From contig JACKPH010000001.1 in NCBI GenBank assembly GCA_024233675.1, positions 436,682-500,681 on the forward strand: a stretch of DNA of 64,000 nucleotides. The letters are read 5' to 3'. Each line of letters begins with the position of its first letter. The first letter of the stretch is position 1. The notes beneath the pieces were generated by a model. That model saw only the letters and a list, made by a program, of their open reading frames with translations. It searched no databases and was not told the DNA's origin. A program made the position numbers and the translations under genes. Source of the DNA: Thermotogota bacterium (GTDB lineage Bacteria > Thermotogota > Thermotogae > Petrotogales > Petrotogaceae). This document shows, piece by piece, positions 28,181-38,426 of the stretch.

Positions 28181-28606
28181 TTAAAATAATCTGTTTAATA
28201 TCTCGAAAGCTTCTCTTATTTTTTCAAGTTCATCGTCAGTGGCTTTGTTAAGAATTTCCTCAAATTTTTTTTCAAATTCTAAATGAGAACATTTGGAATT
28301 CTTTCTGAAATCTTCGGTAAGCTTTACATAAACAACCCTTCTGTCATTTTCACTTCTTATACGCTCTGTAATATTTTGTTTTTCAAGTCTGTCTATAATT
28401 CCTGATACAGTACTGTTAGAAAGTGCCATTTTTTCGCTTATTTCGGAAATCTTCATCTGTCCGTATCTCTGAAGATTACCTATAATCATTCCCTGAGGTG
28501 CTGTAACTCCTTTTCCTTCAAAACTTCCCTCAAATGTTTTTTTTATTTTTTTTATAACTGATTTCATTTCACTCATAATTATGAGACCTTTATTTGTATT
28601 TTCCAA
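28181..28606 (-). CDS. MarR family transcriptional regulator
   Basis: A winged-HTH segment (ISEISEKMALSNSTVSGIIDRLEKQNITERIRSENDRRVVYVKLT) is present. TTG start, 7 nt after AAGGTGA. It heads the ABC exporter operon. Confidence 0.85.
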   Translation of the reverse strand: MENTNKGLIIMSEMKSVIKKIKKTFEGSFEGKGVTAPQGMIIGNLQRYGQMKISEISEKMALSNSTVSGIIDRLEKQNITERIRSENDRRVVYVKLTEDFRKNSKCSHLEFEKKFEEILNKATDDELEKIREAFEILNRLF

Positions 28607-28635
28607 CTATTTTTCACCTTCTTAAATAAAAAAAT

Positions 28636-28665
28636 ATATTTCGTATACAAATATTTCGTATACAA
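28636..28665. repeat. Perfect 15-bp tandem direct repeat (atatttcgtatacaa x2); candidate MarR operator
   Basis: Positions 28636-28650 equal 28651-28665. Each unit contains the palindrome GTATAC. The repeat begins 30 bp upstream of the marR start. Confidence 0.6.
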
Positions 28666-28744
28666 AATATATTTTATTCTTAAAAGATTTTTTTTTATGT
28701 ATATCATTCATTACATATAATTTACCATATGTAAAGATAAAGTA

Positions 28745-30235
28745 CTAATTGATAATTATTCTGTTCTTACCGTTTTTCTTTGCCTCATAAAGGAGTTTAT
28801 CGGCTTCTGTTATAAGATCTGAGTATATTTCTTCGGAATAAATACAAAGTCCGCCGCTTATAGTTATTTTTATATCCTTTTCCCATTTTTTTGATTCCGT
28901 ATCCATTCTTATTGACTCGGAAATATTTTTTATTTCTTCGGAATTATCTCCTTCAAATATTATAAGAAATTCCTCTCCTCCGTATCGGCATCCGTAATCG
29001 TATTCTCTTAGGTTTTCCCTTATAATTTTACCTATTTCTATTAAAACCATGTCTCCGTAAAGATGTCCGTAATTGTCATTTATTTTCTTAAAATCGTCTA
29101 TATCCATCATCAGTACTGAAAATTTTATGTTATTAATTATATTTTCCTTTATTTTATGCTTTAAAAATCTTCTGTTGTAAAGACCTGAAAGTGTATCTTT
29201 TATTGTTTCATCATGCTTTTCGGAAAATTTATCCGCAATTTTTTCAAGTTTATCATTTATTATTTTTAATTCTTTAAGGTCGTTTTTATTAACTGTTATT
29301 TTTTTCCCGAAATTTCCGTTTTCTATATAATTTATTTTACTTATAATTTTATCAAGAGAACCTGAAATTTTACTGAAAAAACCGAATTCTATAATACTGT
29401 ATATTATAAATGCCGTAAATATTATTAAAGAAAAAAATATGAGTATTATTCTTATTTCATTTACATATAAATTTTTATCTGTTTCAAGTACCATTTTCCA
29501 GTTATTTTCCTGCATTTTTACAAAAGTTATTATTTTATTTCCTTCTGAATATGATCCTTCATCCCTGTCATATTTAAGCCATAAATCATTATTTTCGCTT
29601 CCGAGTATTATTTTATTATCCGAATCAGCTATATAAATTTTATAATTTTTATTTTTAAAATTATCCACTATATTTTCAAAAAGTTTTTCAAGTTTAAGTT
29701 CAAAAGCAACTACTCCCCAGGGTTCTCCGTCTTTAAAAAGAACTTTCACTATTGAGGCCACATTATCAAAAGTCACCAGATTTACATATCTTTCTGACCA
29801 TACAACATTTTTTTCTTTTGTATAAAATGCTTTATACCATGGCCTCAGTCTGAGGTCATAGCTGGCGGGAACTTCCCAGTCGGGATAAGTTATAATTTTA
29901 TTTTCATTTGTTCCTATTATCATATAATTTATTATTTCATTGTATTTAATGTAAACACTTATTTTTTCCAGAAGAGTATTTACATAATCAGAATCATTAA
30001 TTTTTTCTTTTTCTATCATATGAGAAATTATTTCAAGGTCGTTTTCCATTTTTATGAGACCCAGATTTTCATAGTTATTTTTTATGGTGTTAAGCATTAT
30101 AAAATTATTTTTAGTTATAAATCCGAAAAAAATTTTTTCATTTATTATAAATGCCATTACTAAAAAAAATATTATAATTAAAAAATATACAAAATACTTA
30201 ATATAAAAATTAGTTTTTAAATTTTTTTTATTCAT
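28745..30235 (-). CDS. Diguanylate cyclase (GGDEF) with Cache-like extracytoplasmic sensor
   Basis: The active site is RYGGEEF. The periplasmic domain carries the Cache hallmark DLRLRPWY and is flanked by two TM segments. Confidence 0.85.
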   Translation of the reverse strand: MNKKNLKTNFYIKYFVYFLIIIFFLVMAFIINEKIFFGFITKNNFIMLNTIKNNYENLGLIKMENDLEIISHMIEKEKINDSDYVNTLLEKISVYIKYNEIINYMIIGTNENKIITYPDWEVPASYDLRLRPWYKAFYTKEKNVVWSERYVNLVTFDNVASIVKVLFKDGEPWGVVAFELKLEKLFENIVDNFKNKNYKIYIADSDNKIILGSENNDLWLKYDRDEGSYSEGNKIITFVKMQENNWKMVLETDKNLYVNEIRIILIFFSLIIFTAFIIYSIIEFGFFSKISGSLDKIISKINYIENGNFGKKITVNKNDLKELKIINDKLEKIADKFSEKHDETIKDTLSGLYNRRFLKHKIKENIINNIKFSVLMMDIDDFKKINDNYGHLYGDMVLIEIGKIIRENLREYDYGCRYGGEEFLIIFEGDNSEEIKNISESIRMDTESKKWEKDIKITISGGLCIYSEEIYSDLITEADKLLYEAKKNGKNRIIIN

Positions 30236-30253
30236 AAATCCCCCAATAATATA

Positions 30254-32125
30254 TTAATAAAATAAATATCCGTTTTTACCCCTGTTTTTTACTCTGTACA
30301 TTGCAATATCCGCATTTTTCATAAGTTCTATATAATTTTCTGAATCTTCCGGAAAAATACTTATTCCTATACTTATGCTTAAAGTAAATATATTTCCTTT
30401 GATATTAAAATCTTTTAAAAATAAACTCAGTATTTTCTTTGCTGTTTCCTCAATATCATTTTTTGTTTCAAATTCTTTTAAAAGTGCAAATTCATCCCCG
30501 CCCATTCTCGCTATAAATGTATTCTCATCAATTATATCTGTGAGTATTTCAGAAAACGTTTTAAGCAATTCATCTCCTATATCATGTCCCGCTGTATCAT
30601 TAACATTTTTAAATCCGTCTATATCAAGATACATTACAGCAAATTTTTTATTTTTGTTTTTAATTATTTTATCAAGATATTCCGTGAAATATCTTCTGTT
30701 CGGAAGATTTGTCAGATAATCATGATATGCCATATATTCTTTTTCTTTTTCTGTTTTTCTCTGCTTTGTTACATCAGTTGCAAAACATTTTACGGAAATT
30801 ATCATACCGTTTTTATCTTTTTCCGGTTTACATGTATTGTAATATATTTTTGAATTTAATTCCAAATCAAAATTAATTATATTACCTTCAAATATTTCAT
30901 TTTCATATTCCAAAAATTTTTTATATAAATTCTCATTTAAAATTTCTGATATTTTTTTCATTTTATAGTCTTCATCATTAAGAAATTCCTGAGTTGAATG
31001 CCCTTCAAAGAAATCAACAAAAAAGTCGCCTTCTATTAAAGAAAGGGTATAAACAACATTCGGAAGTATAAAAAAATTATTTTTTATTTTTTCTGCATTA
31101 TCAATTTTTTCTTTCTGTAAATTATTTATATTTCTGTATCTTCTTAAAAAAACATAAAATATTATATTTATTAGTATAAACAAAGATACAATAATTATCA
31201 TAAAATCTACAAAAAGTGAAATTCTTGTATTGTCAATAAATTTATTTTCAAGTGTGTATATTATCATTCTTCCGTTTTCCTGCGGAACAAAGAGTTTTGT
31301 AATTTTACCCTGTTTTACATAAATTTCGGAATTTTTATTTATATACTGTGTATCTTCTGAATTAAGATATTTTGTACTTCCGTAAAGTACAAGTAAATCA
31401 CCTTTATAAATATTTTCATTACTGCCGTATACTGCATTCCATGAAACAGTATCTATAACAGAAATTTCATTTATATATTCAACCTGTGAGGTTATTATAT
31501 CAATTATGTTATCGGGATTTATTTTTTTTATAAGATCAGAACCGAAATCCTGTTCAACAAAAATATTTATTATATAATCTATATCTTCTCTTTTATAATA
31601 TGAATATTTATATATTCCTTCTTCTGTATAAGACCTTGAAACCGGTCCGCTCCAGTAATATTTTTCGGAATAGCCTTTTCCTATATCGACATAATAATTA
31701 TTATAAAGTTTATTGAAAGCATCGTTCCAGTAACCCCAGTTTTCGGTTTTTAATCCTAATTCTTTTTTACTTGTTGATTTAAAAATTGTAAAATAATTGT
31801 CCGTTTTTGAAAGTATTGAAATACCCGTAAGACGGTATCTGTTTTTTATACTTTCAAGAATTTCTGAATCTATTTCTTCATAACTGATTTTGTTTAGCTC
31901 GGAATATATTTTTTCGGCTTCATACTTCATATTTCTGTCGAACAGATATTCAAGAAGAGAAATGGTATCAAGACTGTTTTTTATTGAAAAATTTATTATT
32001 GTTGAATAATTTTTCAGTTCTTTATCCTGTCTTTCCTGTATTGCCGTATTTATTTTTGAACTTTGTATTATTATTATTATTACAGTAAAAATAAACATTA
32101 TTATAAAAGATTTCTTTGTTTTCAA
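30254..32125 (-). CDS. Diguanylate cyclase (GGDEF) with large extracytoplasmic domain and PAS-like linker
   Basis: The active site is RMGGDEF and the context YHDYLTNLPNRR is present. TTG start, 5 nt after GAGGTGGA. Confidence 0.85.
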   Translation of the reverse strand: MKTKKSFIIMFIFTVIIIIIQSSKINTAIQERQDKELKNYSTIINFSIKNSLDTISLLEYLFDRNMKYEAEKIYSELNKISYEEIDSEILESIKNRYRLTGISILSKTDNYFTIFKSTSKKELGLKTENWGYWNDAFNKLYNNYYVDIGKGYSEKYYWSGPVSRSYTEEGIYKYSYYKREDIDYIINIFVEQDFGSDLIKKINPDNIIDIITSQVEYINEISVIDTVSWNAVYGSNENIYKGDLLVLYGSTKYLNSEDTQYINKNSEIYVKQGKITKLFVPQENGRMIIYTLENKFIDNTRISLFVDFMIIIVSLFILINIIFYVFLRRYRNINNLQKEKIDNAEKIKNNFFILPNVVYTLSLIEGDFFVDFFEGHSTQEFLNDEDYKMKKISEILNENLYKKFLEYENEIFEGNIINFDLELNSKIYYNTCKPEKDKNGMIISVKCFATDVTKQRKTEKEKEYMAYHDYLTNLPNRRYFTEYLDKIIKNKNKKFAVMYLDIDGFKNVNDTAGHDIGDELLKTFSEILTDIIDENTFIARMGGDEFALLKEFETKNDIEETAKKILSLFLKDFNIKGNIFTLSISIGISIFPEDSENYIELMKNADIAMYRVKNRGKNGYLFY

Positions 32126-32222
32126 ATCTTTCCACCTCTACAAATATCAACTGTTTTTACTGTTTATTATAGCATAATTTATCTGTTATAATAGTATTAA
32201 ACAATAAAAACGGGGTGATATT

Positions 32223-33092
32223 ATGATTTCTGACAAAAAAACGGAAAAAAAAGTTCTTGTTTATCAAAAATTTGAAATTTCAGAGTATTATCTTTATAAA
32301 AAAATATCAAAAAAAATGAAAAATCAGAATAACAAAGAAATAATCGAAAGAATCGCAGATGATGAGAAAAGACATTATGAATTTCTCAGAAAATATACCG
32401 AAAAAGATGTATCTCCGGACAGATTTTTTATATTTCTTTATTATCTTATTGTCGTTGTTTTCGGAACTGTTTTCGGACTAAAACTAATGGAAAAAGGTGA
32501 AAACAGAGGTCAGAAAGATTACAGGGAACTTTCAGGTATTATTCCGGGAATACAGTCTATAGAAGAAGACGAGCAAAGACATGAAAACAATCTTCTTAAC
32601 ATGATACATGAAGATAAACTTAATTATGTAGGCTCTATAGTATTAGGACTAAATGATGCACTTGTTGAATTAACCGGAACACTTGCAGGTCTTTCGTTTG
32701 CTCTGAGAAATACTTCGCTTATAGCCGTTTCCGGACTTATAACCGGTATAGCTGCTTCTTTTTCTATGGCCGCATCCGAATTTCTGTCAAAGCGTTCAGA
32801 TGGTGATGAAGATGCTTTAAAATCTTCTGTTTATACCGGTATAGCTTATATAATTACAGTTGTTCTTCTTATTCTGCCGTACCTTCTTATAAATAATTAT
32901 GTTATATCACTTGCAATAACTCTCACAGTTGCTGTTTTAATTATTCTCTTATTTAATTTTTATATATCAGTAGCAAAAGATTATTCTTTTAAAAAGAGAT
33001 TTCTTGAAATGTTTTTTATAAGTATGGGTGTTTCGGTATTTTCATTTTTAGTTGGTTATATAGTAAGAATAGTTTTCGGTGTCGAAGTATAA
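32223..33092 (+). CDS. VIT1/CCC1 family iron/manganese transporter with N-terminal ferritin-like domain
   Basis: ExxH motifs (DEKRHYEFL, EEDEQRHENNL) are followed by a 5-TM VIT-type C-terminal half. Confidence 0.8.
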   Translation: MISDKKTEKKVLVYQKFEISEYYLYKKISKKMKNQNNKEIIERIADDEKRHYEFLRKYTEKDVSPDRFFIFLYYLIVVVFGTVFGLKLMEKGENRGQKDYRELSGIIPGIQSIEEDEQRHENNLLNMIHEDKLNYVGSIVLGLNDALVELTGTLAGLSFALRNTSLIAVSGLITGIAASFSMAASEFLSKRSDGDEDALKSSVYTGIAYIITVVLLILPYLLINNYVISLAITLTVAVLIILLFNFYISVAKDYSFKKRFLEMFFISMGVSVFSFLVGYIVRIVFGVEV

Positions 33093-33117
33093 AAGACGTG
33101 TATGTCACACGTCTTTT
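33091..33117. terminator. Bidirectional terminator between convergent genes
   Basis: An 11-bp stem aaaagacgtgt pairs with acacgtctttt around a 5-nt loop. It is flanked by A and T runs and overlaps both stop codons. Confidence 0.6.
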
Positions 33118-36100
33118 TTTATTGTAAATATAAATTTTGTTCCTTTTCCTATCTCGGATTCAGGATATATTTTTCCGTTATATCCTTCTATTATTTTTTT
33201 AACTATTGCAAGACCTATTCCTGTGCTGTCTGTTTTTTCTTTTGATTCAAGTGTCTGGAATATTTTAAAAATTTTATCAAAATATATTTCATCTATTCCC
33301 GGTCCGTTATCAGATACATAAAATTTATAATACTCAGGTAAATCCTCATATCCTATTTTTATTATACCTTCACTTTTATCCATATATTTTACTGAATTTG
33401 AAATAAGGTTCTGAAAAACCTGAGAAATTTTATATCTGTCACATTTTACAACCGGAAGCAAAGTATCTATTAAAATCTGTATATTCTCATCTGAAAAATT
33501 CTGTATTACTTCTTTTACAACTTCGTTCAGATCAGTTTTTTCATTTTCATCTTCTTTTCTGTTAACTCTTGAATATTCAAGTATACCGTTAATAAGGGAA
33601 TTCATCCTTTTAGTTCTGTTTTCAAGAAGTCTCAGCATATCTTTTCCTTCCTGATCTATTTTTTCACCGTAATCTTTAACAATCCACTGTGATAACTGAT
33701 TAATACCTCTAAGCGGAGCTTTAAGATCATGGGACACTATATATGCAAAATCCCTTAATTCCGTATTTAATGCTGTAAGTTTATCGTTATTATCTTTTAG
33801 TTCTTTTGTTTTTTCGAAAACTTCTTTCTGAAGTTCGGAATTATATCTTTTAATTCTTCTCATTCTTATTTTATAAAAACTGTAAAACATAAAAATAACA
33901 GTTATAACAACTATTAAATAAAAATAAAAAGTACTGTAAAACGGAGGTATTATTTTTATTTTTATTTCAGCGGGATTTTCATTCCACACACCGTCATTAT
34001 TAGATCCCTTCACTTTGAAAATATAATTTCCCGGTTTAATATTTGTGTACATAACATAATTTCTGTTTCCGGAATAAACCCAGTCATCATCAAAATTTTC
34101 AAGTTTATAAGCATATTTATTTTTATCGGAATTAATATAATTTAAAGACGAAAACCTGAATGAAAAAATTTTATCACTGTAACTGAGTTCTATATTATCT
34201 GTATAGGAAATATTCTTACTAAGTATAATACGTCCGTCATATTCTTTATCGGGTTCTATAACATTATTCATTATACTTAATTCTGTTACGGCAATATCCG
34301 GTATATAATTATTTACAGATATATTCTGAGGATAAAAAGTTGTTATTCCGTTTGTTCCTCCGAAATAAAACTTACCGTCAGCTGTTTTTAAAAAAGATTT
34401 ACCGTTAAATTCAAGATTTAATATTCCGTCAGAATTATTATAATTCCTGAATTCACCTGTTATTTTATTAAACTTCGACAGACCTTTATTTGTACTTATC
34501 CAGTAATTACCTATATTATCCTCAAGAAATCCGTAGGTAACATCATCCGGAAGACCTTCTGATACTGTATAATATAAAAATTTTTCCTCATCAGGATAAA
34601 ATACATTAAGACCTCCGCCGTTTGTACCTATCCATAATCTTCCGTCATCATCTTCATTTATAAAAAGTACGAAATCATTGCTTAAAGTATAATTTTTTGA
34701 AAAATCAGATTTATAAATCCTAAAAGTTTCTTTTTCTTTATCAAAAAGCACAAGGCCTCCGCCTATTGTACCTATCCATAACCTGTTTTCAGAATCTTTA
34801 TAAAATGTATAAATATAATCCGAAGATAAATTATCATCATAATGATAATTTTTTATTTCACCGGTTTCTTTATTGTATATAAAAAATCCGTTATCCCTTG
34901 TTCCTATAAAAAAAGTATTTGTATCATACTGAAAAACAGACCAAACCGATACTTTTGAAAACTCACCGAAAATTGAATTGAGATTTATAAATTTATCCTC
35001 TTTAAAATTGTACAAATCAAGTCCGGAATTTGTACCTATCCACATATTGTTATCATAATCCTTCATAATAGTCCATACACTTTTATCGGAAATTTCATTA
35101 ATTATATTTTTTTCAGTATATTGTTTTTCCGGATCATATATTTCTATACCGTGACCGTTTGTTGCTATCCATATTTTACCGTTTATATCCTCTTCCATAT
35201 CCCATATCTGATTTATTCCGAGAATATCTTCACCTATATTATCAAACTCTGTTTTTTTTGTATTTATAACAGAAAGCCCGCTTCCCGTTGTACCTATCCA
35301 TATTGCTCCGGATTTATCCTGAAATACCGAGAGAATACTGTCAGAAATAACCGAATCTTTATTTTTGTCATGTACAAGATGATATTTTTTATCAGAAATA
35401 TATAAATATATTCCTTCAGAATACGTTCCTACCCAGAGAAAATTATCTTTATCAGTATAAATGGTATTTATCTGACAGTCAAGAATTTTTTCCGTAGTAT
35501 TTGATGCGCTGTCAAAAACATAAAGACCTGTTCCTGTTCCTATGTACATTTTATTGTTAAACAATGCAAATGCCCTTATGTTTTCATTTTTAAGAAATCC
35601 GAAATTATATTTCGTCTTACCGTCAATTATAACTATTCCGGAATCAGTTCCTACCCATATTCTTTTAAAATTATCATAAAAAATAACATTTACATTTTCA
35701 TTATCTATATCAAATTTATTAATAATTCCGGTATTTTTATCAAAATAATCCAGTCCTCCGTTATGACTTCCTATCCAGTAATAATCTTCCGTATCAGCAA
35801 TATCATATATAAGATCTGATGATAATCCTGAATCAGACATACTGTAATTTGTAAATGTATTTGTTTCCGGATCAAAAAAATTTATACCGCCTCCCCATGT
35901 GGCGATAATAATTTTTTTATTTTTTGAATCATATATTATTTTTTTTATATAATTATGAGAAACTGAATTTTTATTTTCATCAAAATTTTTTCTGAAAATT
36001 TTAAATTCTTTTCCGTCCCACATATTAAGACCATTTTCCGTTCCTATCCATATAAAGCCCTTATCATCCTGAAAAACGGTATTGACAGAACCCTGTGATA

Positions 36101-36200
36101 GTCCGTCAGCAGGTGTTAAATTATAATATTTAAATGAAATATCTTCTGAAAATATAAAAACACTAAAAAATATACTGAGTATTAAAAAATATTTTTTCAT
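33105..36200 (-). CDS. Sensor histidine kinase with periplasmic double beta-propeller (Reg_prop repeats) and Y_Y_Y domain
   Basis: A signal peptide is followed by about 13 repeats of the WIGT.xGLxxF/Y type. A Y_Y_Y-like segment (YAYKLENFDDDW..YTNIKPGNYIFKV) and one TM segment follow. The H-box is SHDLKAPLRGI and a G-box is present. Confidence 0.9.
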   Translation of the reverse strand: MKKYFLILSIFFSVFIFSEDISFKYYNLTPADGLSQGSVNTVFQDDKGFIWIGTENGLNMWDGKEFKIFRKNFDENKNSVSHNYIKKIIYDSKNKKIIIATWGGGINFFDPETNTFTNYSMSDSGLSSDLIYDIADTEDYYWIGSHNGGLDYFDKNTGIINKFDIDNENVNVIFYDNFKRIWVGTDSGIVIIDGKTKYNFGFLKNENIRAFALFNNKMYIGTGTGLYVFDSASNTTEKILDCQINTIYTDKDNFLWVGTYSEGIYLYISDKKYHLVHDKNKDSVISDSILSVFQDKSGAIWIGTTGSGLSVINTKKTEFDNIGEDILGINQIWDMEEDINGKIWIATNGHGIEIYDPEKQYTEKNIINEISDKSVWTIMKDYDNNMWIGTNSGLDLYNFKEDKFINLNSIFGEFSKVSVWSVFQYDTNTFFIGTRDNGFFIYNKETGEIKNYHYDDNLSSDYIYTFYKDSENRLWIGTIGGGLVLFDKEKETFRIYKSDFSKNYTLSNDFVLFINEDDDGRLWIGTNGGGLNVFYPDEEKFLYYTVSEGLPDDVTYGFLEDNIGNYWISTNKGLSKFNKITGEFRNYNNSDGILNLEFNGKSFLKTADGKFYFGGTNGITTFYPQNISVNNYIPDIAVTELSIMNNVIEPDKEYDGRIILSKNISYTDNIELSYSDKIFSFRFSSLNYINSDKNKYAYKLENFDDDWVYSGNRNYVMYTNIKPGNYIFKVKGSNNDGVWNENPAEIKIKIIPPFYSTFYFYLIVVITVIFMFYSFYKIRMRRIKRYNSELQKEVFEKTKELKDNNDKLTALNTELRDFAYIVSHDLKAPLRGINQLSQWIVKDYGEKIDQEGKDMLRLLENRTKRMNSLINGILEYSRVNRKEDENEKTDLNEVVKEVIQNFSDENIQILIDTLLPVVKCDRYKISQVFQNLISNSVKYMDKSEGIIKIGYEDLPEYYKFYVSDNGPGIDEIYFDKIFKIFQTLESKEKTDSTGIGLAIVKKIIEGYNGKIYPESEIGKGTKFIFTIKKDV

Positions 36201-36216
36201 ACAGCATCTCCGAATA

Positions 36217-37341
36217 TTAAATAAAACTGTTAAGTATATTTATAAATTTTTCTATATTATTTCTGAATACTCTGTAAATATCCGGATCAAGTGTTACACC
36301 GGATTCCTCATCCATTATTTTCTCAACTTTTTCAAGTGAAAAAGCATCTTTATAAATTCTCTTGTTTGCAAGTGCATCAAATATATCGGCACATGTTACT
36401 ATTCTTGCACATAGAGGTATCTCTTTTCCTTTAAGTCCTTCCGGATAACCGTTACCATTCCATTTTTCATGATGATACATAGTTATGTCATACGCCATTT
36501 TCATGGAAGAAAAATCAGAATATTTTATTAAAACTTTTTTTATTGTATTACCGCCTATCAAAGTATGTGTTTTTATAATTTCAAATTCTTCCGGTGTAAG
36601 TTTAGACGGTTTTAAAAGTATGGCATCGGGTATTCCTACTTTTCCTATGTCGTGTAAAATACTTACTTCATGAATATTTTCTATAAAATCATCATCTATT
36701 TCACCGGGAAAAATATTTTCATTTTTCAGCATGACAGAAAGAACTTTAGAGTATTCACGTATTCTCATTATATGTGAACCCGTTTCATAATCCCTTGATT
36801 CCGTAAGTTCTGCCATAGAAAGAATAAGTGCATTCTTTGCCATTTTAAGTTTATTCTGTACCTCTGAAAGAGAATTTTCTGCTTTTTTTCTGTTTGAATA
36901 TTCAAGTAAAAACTGTTGTGATTTTATTTTTACAAGATTTTCAAGATTATTTTTATACTCTTTCAACTCTATTTCATTATTTCTGTTTTTCAAAGCCGAA
37001 TCAACTGTAACTTCAAGAATCTTAAAGTAATTACCTTCGACATCCTTAACAATATAATCGGAAGCTCCCATTTTTAATGCCTTTACAGCAGTTTCCTCAT
37101 CGCCGCCCCCTGTTACTATTATCAGAGGAATATCTGTGTATTCAAAAAAATCAAAAGCTTTTCTGTTACTTAAATGCAGATCGGAAATAACCGCAGAAAA
37201 ACTGTCGTTTTTAATCTTATAAACAGCATCTTCGAATTCCGAAGAATACTCAACCTCATATTTAAAAGATTTATTGTATTTAATAAATCTTTTAAATGCC
37301 ATCATATCCAAAGGATCATCCTCAACAAAAAGTATTTTCAT
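36217..37341 (-). CDS. Response regulator with HD-GYP output domain (RpfG-like)
   Basis: The receiver domain (MKILFVEDD.., DL..) is followed by a coiled coil and then HDIGKVGIP and HHEKWNGNGYP. Confidence 0.9.
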   Translation of the reverse strand: MKILFVEDDPLDMMAFKRFIKYNKSFKYEVEYSSEFEDAVYKIKNDSFSAVISDLHLSNRKAFDFFEYTDIPLIIVTGGGDEETAVKALKMGASDYIVKDVEGNYFKILEVTVDSALKNRNNEIELKEYKNNLENLVKIKSQQFLLEYSNRKKAENSLSEVQNKLKMAKNALILSMAELTESRDYETGSHIMRIREYSKVLSVMLKNENIFPGEIDDDFIENIHEVSILHDIGKVGIPDAILLKPSKLTPEEFEIIKTHTLIGGNTIKKVLIKYSDFSSMKMAYDITMYHHEKWNGNGYPEGLKGKEIPLCARIVTCADIFDALANKRIYKDAFSLEKVEKIMDEESGVTLDPDIYRVFRNNIEKFINILNSFI

Positions 37342-37353
37342 AATAATATCCCC

Positions 37354-37770
37354 CTAATCAGGAAGTTCACTTATAGTCCAATATAAATTAATTGTTTTAA
37401 CAACTTCTACAAAGTTTATATAATCAACAGGTTTTATCATATAACCGGAAACTCCGAGATTAAAAGATTCACATTTATCAGCTTCTTCTTTTGAAGTGGT
37501 AAGAATAACAAATGGTATTCTTTTTAATTTATCATTTTTTTTGATTTCTTTTAAAAATTCTATTCCGTTTAACTTAGGCATATTTATATCAGAAATTATT
37601 ATGCACGGATATTCATTTTTTTCTATACTCATAAGATAATTTAAAGCTTCCTCTCCGTTTTCCTTTATTATAAGCGGATTTGTAATATTAATTTCCTTAA
37701 GAGCTCTTTTTATAGTCATTACATCAATAATATCATCTTCTGCAAGAAGTATTTTTTTATTATTTTTCAT
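37354..37770 (-). CDS. Single-domain response regulator (CheY-like receiver)
   Basis: The pattern LLAEDD...DINMPKLNG...LTTS..K is typical of receiver domains. The product is 138 aa. Confidence 0.9.
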   Translation of the reverse strand: MKNNKKILLAEDDIIDVMTIKRALKEINITNPLIIKENGEEALNYLMSIEKNEYPCIIISDINMPKLNGIEFLKEIKKNDKLKRIPFVILTTSKEEADKCESFNLGVSGYMIKPVDYINFVEVVKTINLYWTISELPD

Positions 37771-37827
37771 GTATTTTCACAACCTTTTATTTAAAATTAT
37801 ATCATTTGTTACATTAATATAAAAATA

Positions 37828-37850
37828 AAGAGGAGAAATAATCTCCTCTT
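37828..37850 (-). terminator. Rho-independent terminator after hup
   Basis: Stem aagaggaga pairs with tctcctctt around a 5-nt loop, with TTTATTTTTAT following on the minus strand. Confidence 0.6.
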
Positions 37851-37852
37851 AA

Positions 37853-38125
37853 TTATTTTACTCTGTCTTTTAATTCTGCACCCGGTTTAAATTTAGGAAC
37901 TGTTCTTCCGGGAATTTTGATAGGTTTTTTAGTCTGTGGATTAATACCTTTTCTCGGTTCTCTTTTTACTGTTTCAAATGTTCCGAATCCTACAAGTTTA
38001 ACTGATTCTCCTGAAACTAAAGTATCAGAAACTACTTCAAGAAAAGAATCTAAAAATAAACCTGCATCTTTCTTTGTAACCCCTATTTTCTCCGAAAGCT
38101 TTCCAACAAGTTCTTTTTTGTTCAT
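37853..38125 (-). CDS. hup: DNA-binding protein HU
   Basis: The sequence MNKKELVGKLSEKIGVTKKDA...GFGTFE...R.GINPQT.. is classic HU. The start is moved to ATG 38125 after GGGGGTG. Confidence 0.92.
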   Translation of the reverse strand: MNKKELVGKLSEKIGVTKKDAGLFLDSFLEVVSDTLVSGESVKLVGFGTFETVKREPRKGINPQTKKPIKIPGRTVPKFKPGAELKDRVK

Positions 38126-38426
38126 AAAGACACCCCCTATAATTCTGAATATCAAATTATAACGAAATTTTACCATAAATTTATTAAATAAGCAAGTTAA
38201 AGCGATATCAGGCTAAAATATTTCTTTACGGATAAAAATATATTATTTCTCCGGAAAAATATATACAGCTTTTTTTAATACAAATTAAGTAAACAGTTAA
38301 TAATCAATCATAATTAATATTATTTAATCAGAAATATAAATAAACATACTTTAATTTTTATTTAAAATATGGGAAAATTAACTCAGAATATTTAATGAAA
38401 ACGCTTTCTTTTTTGGAGGGATAATT

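Noticed and set aside
32143-32155. An isolated ATATCAACT 9-mer upstream of the GGDEF/VIT divergent promoters, and TTATCAAAT-like strings near 21290
   Set aside because: Single degenerate matches are expected in AT-rich intergenic DNA. Only the 44.2-44.5 kb region shows clustering with exact copies.
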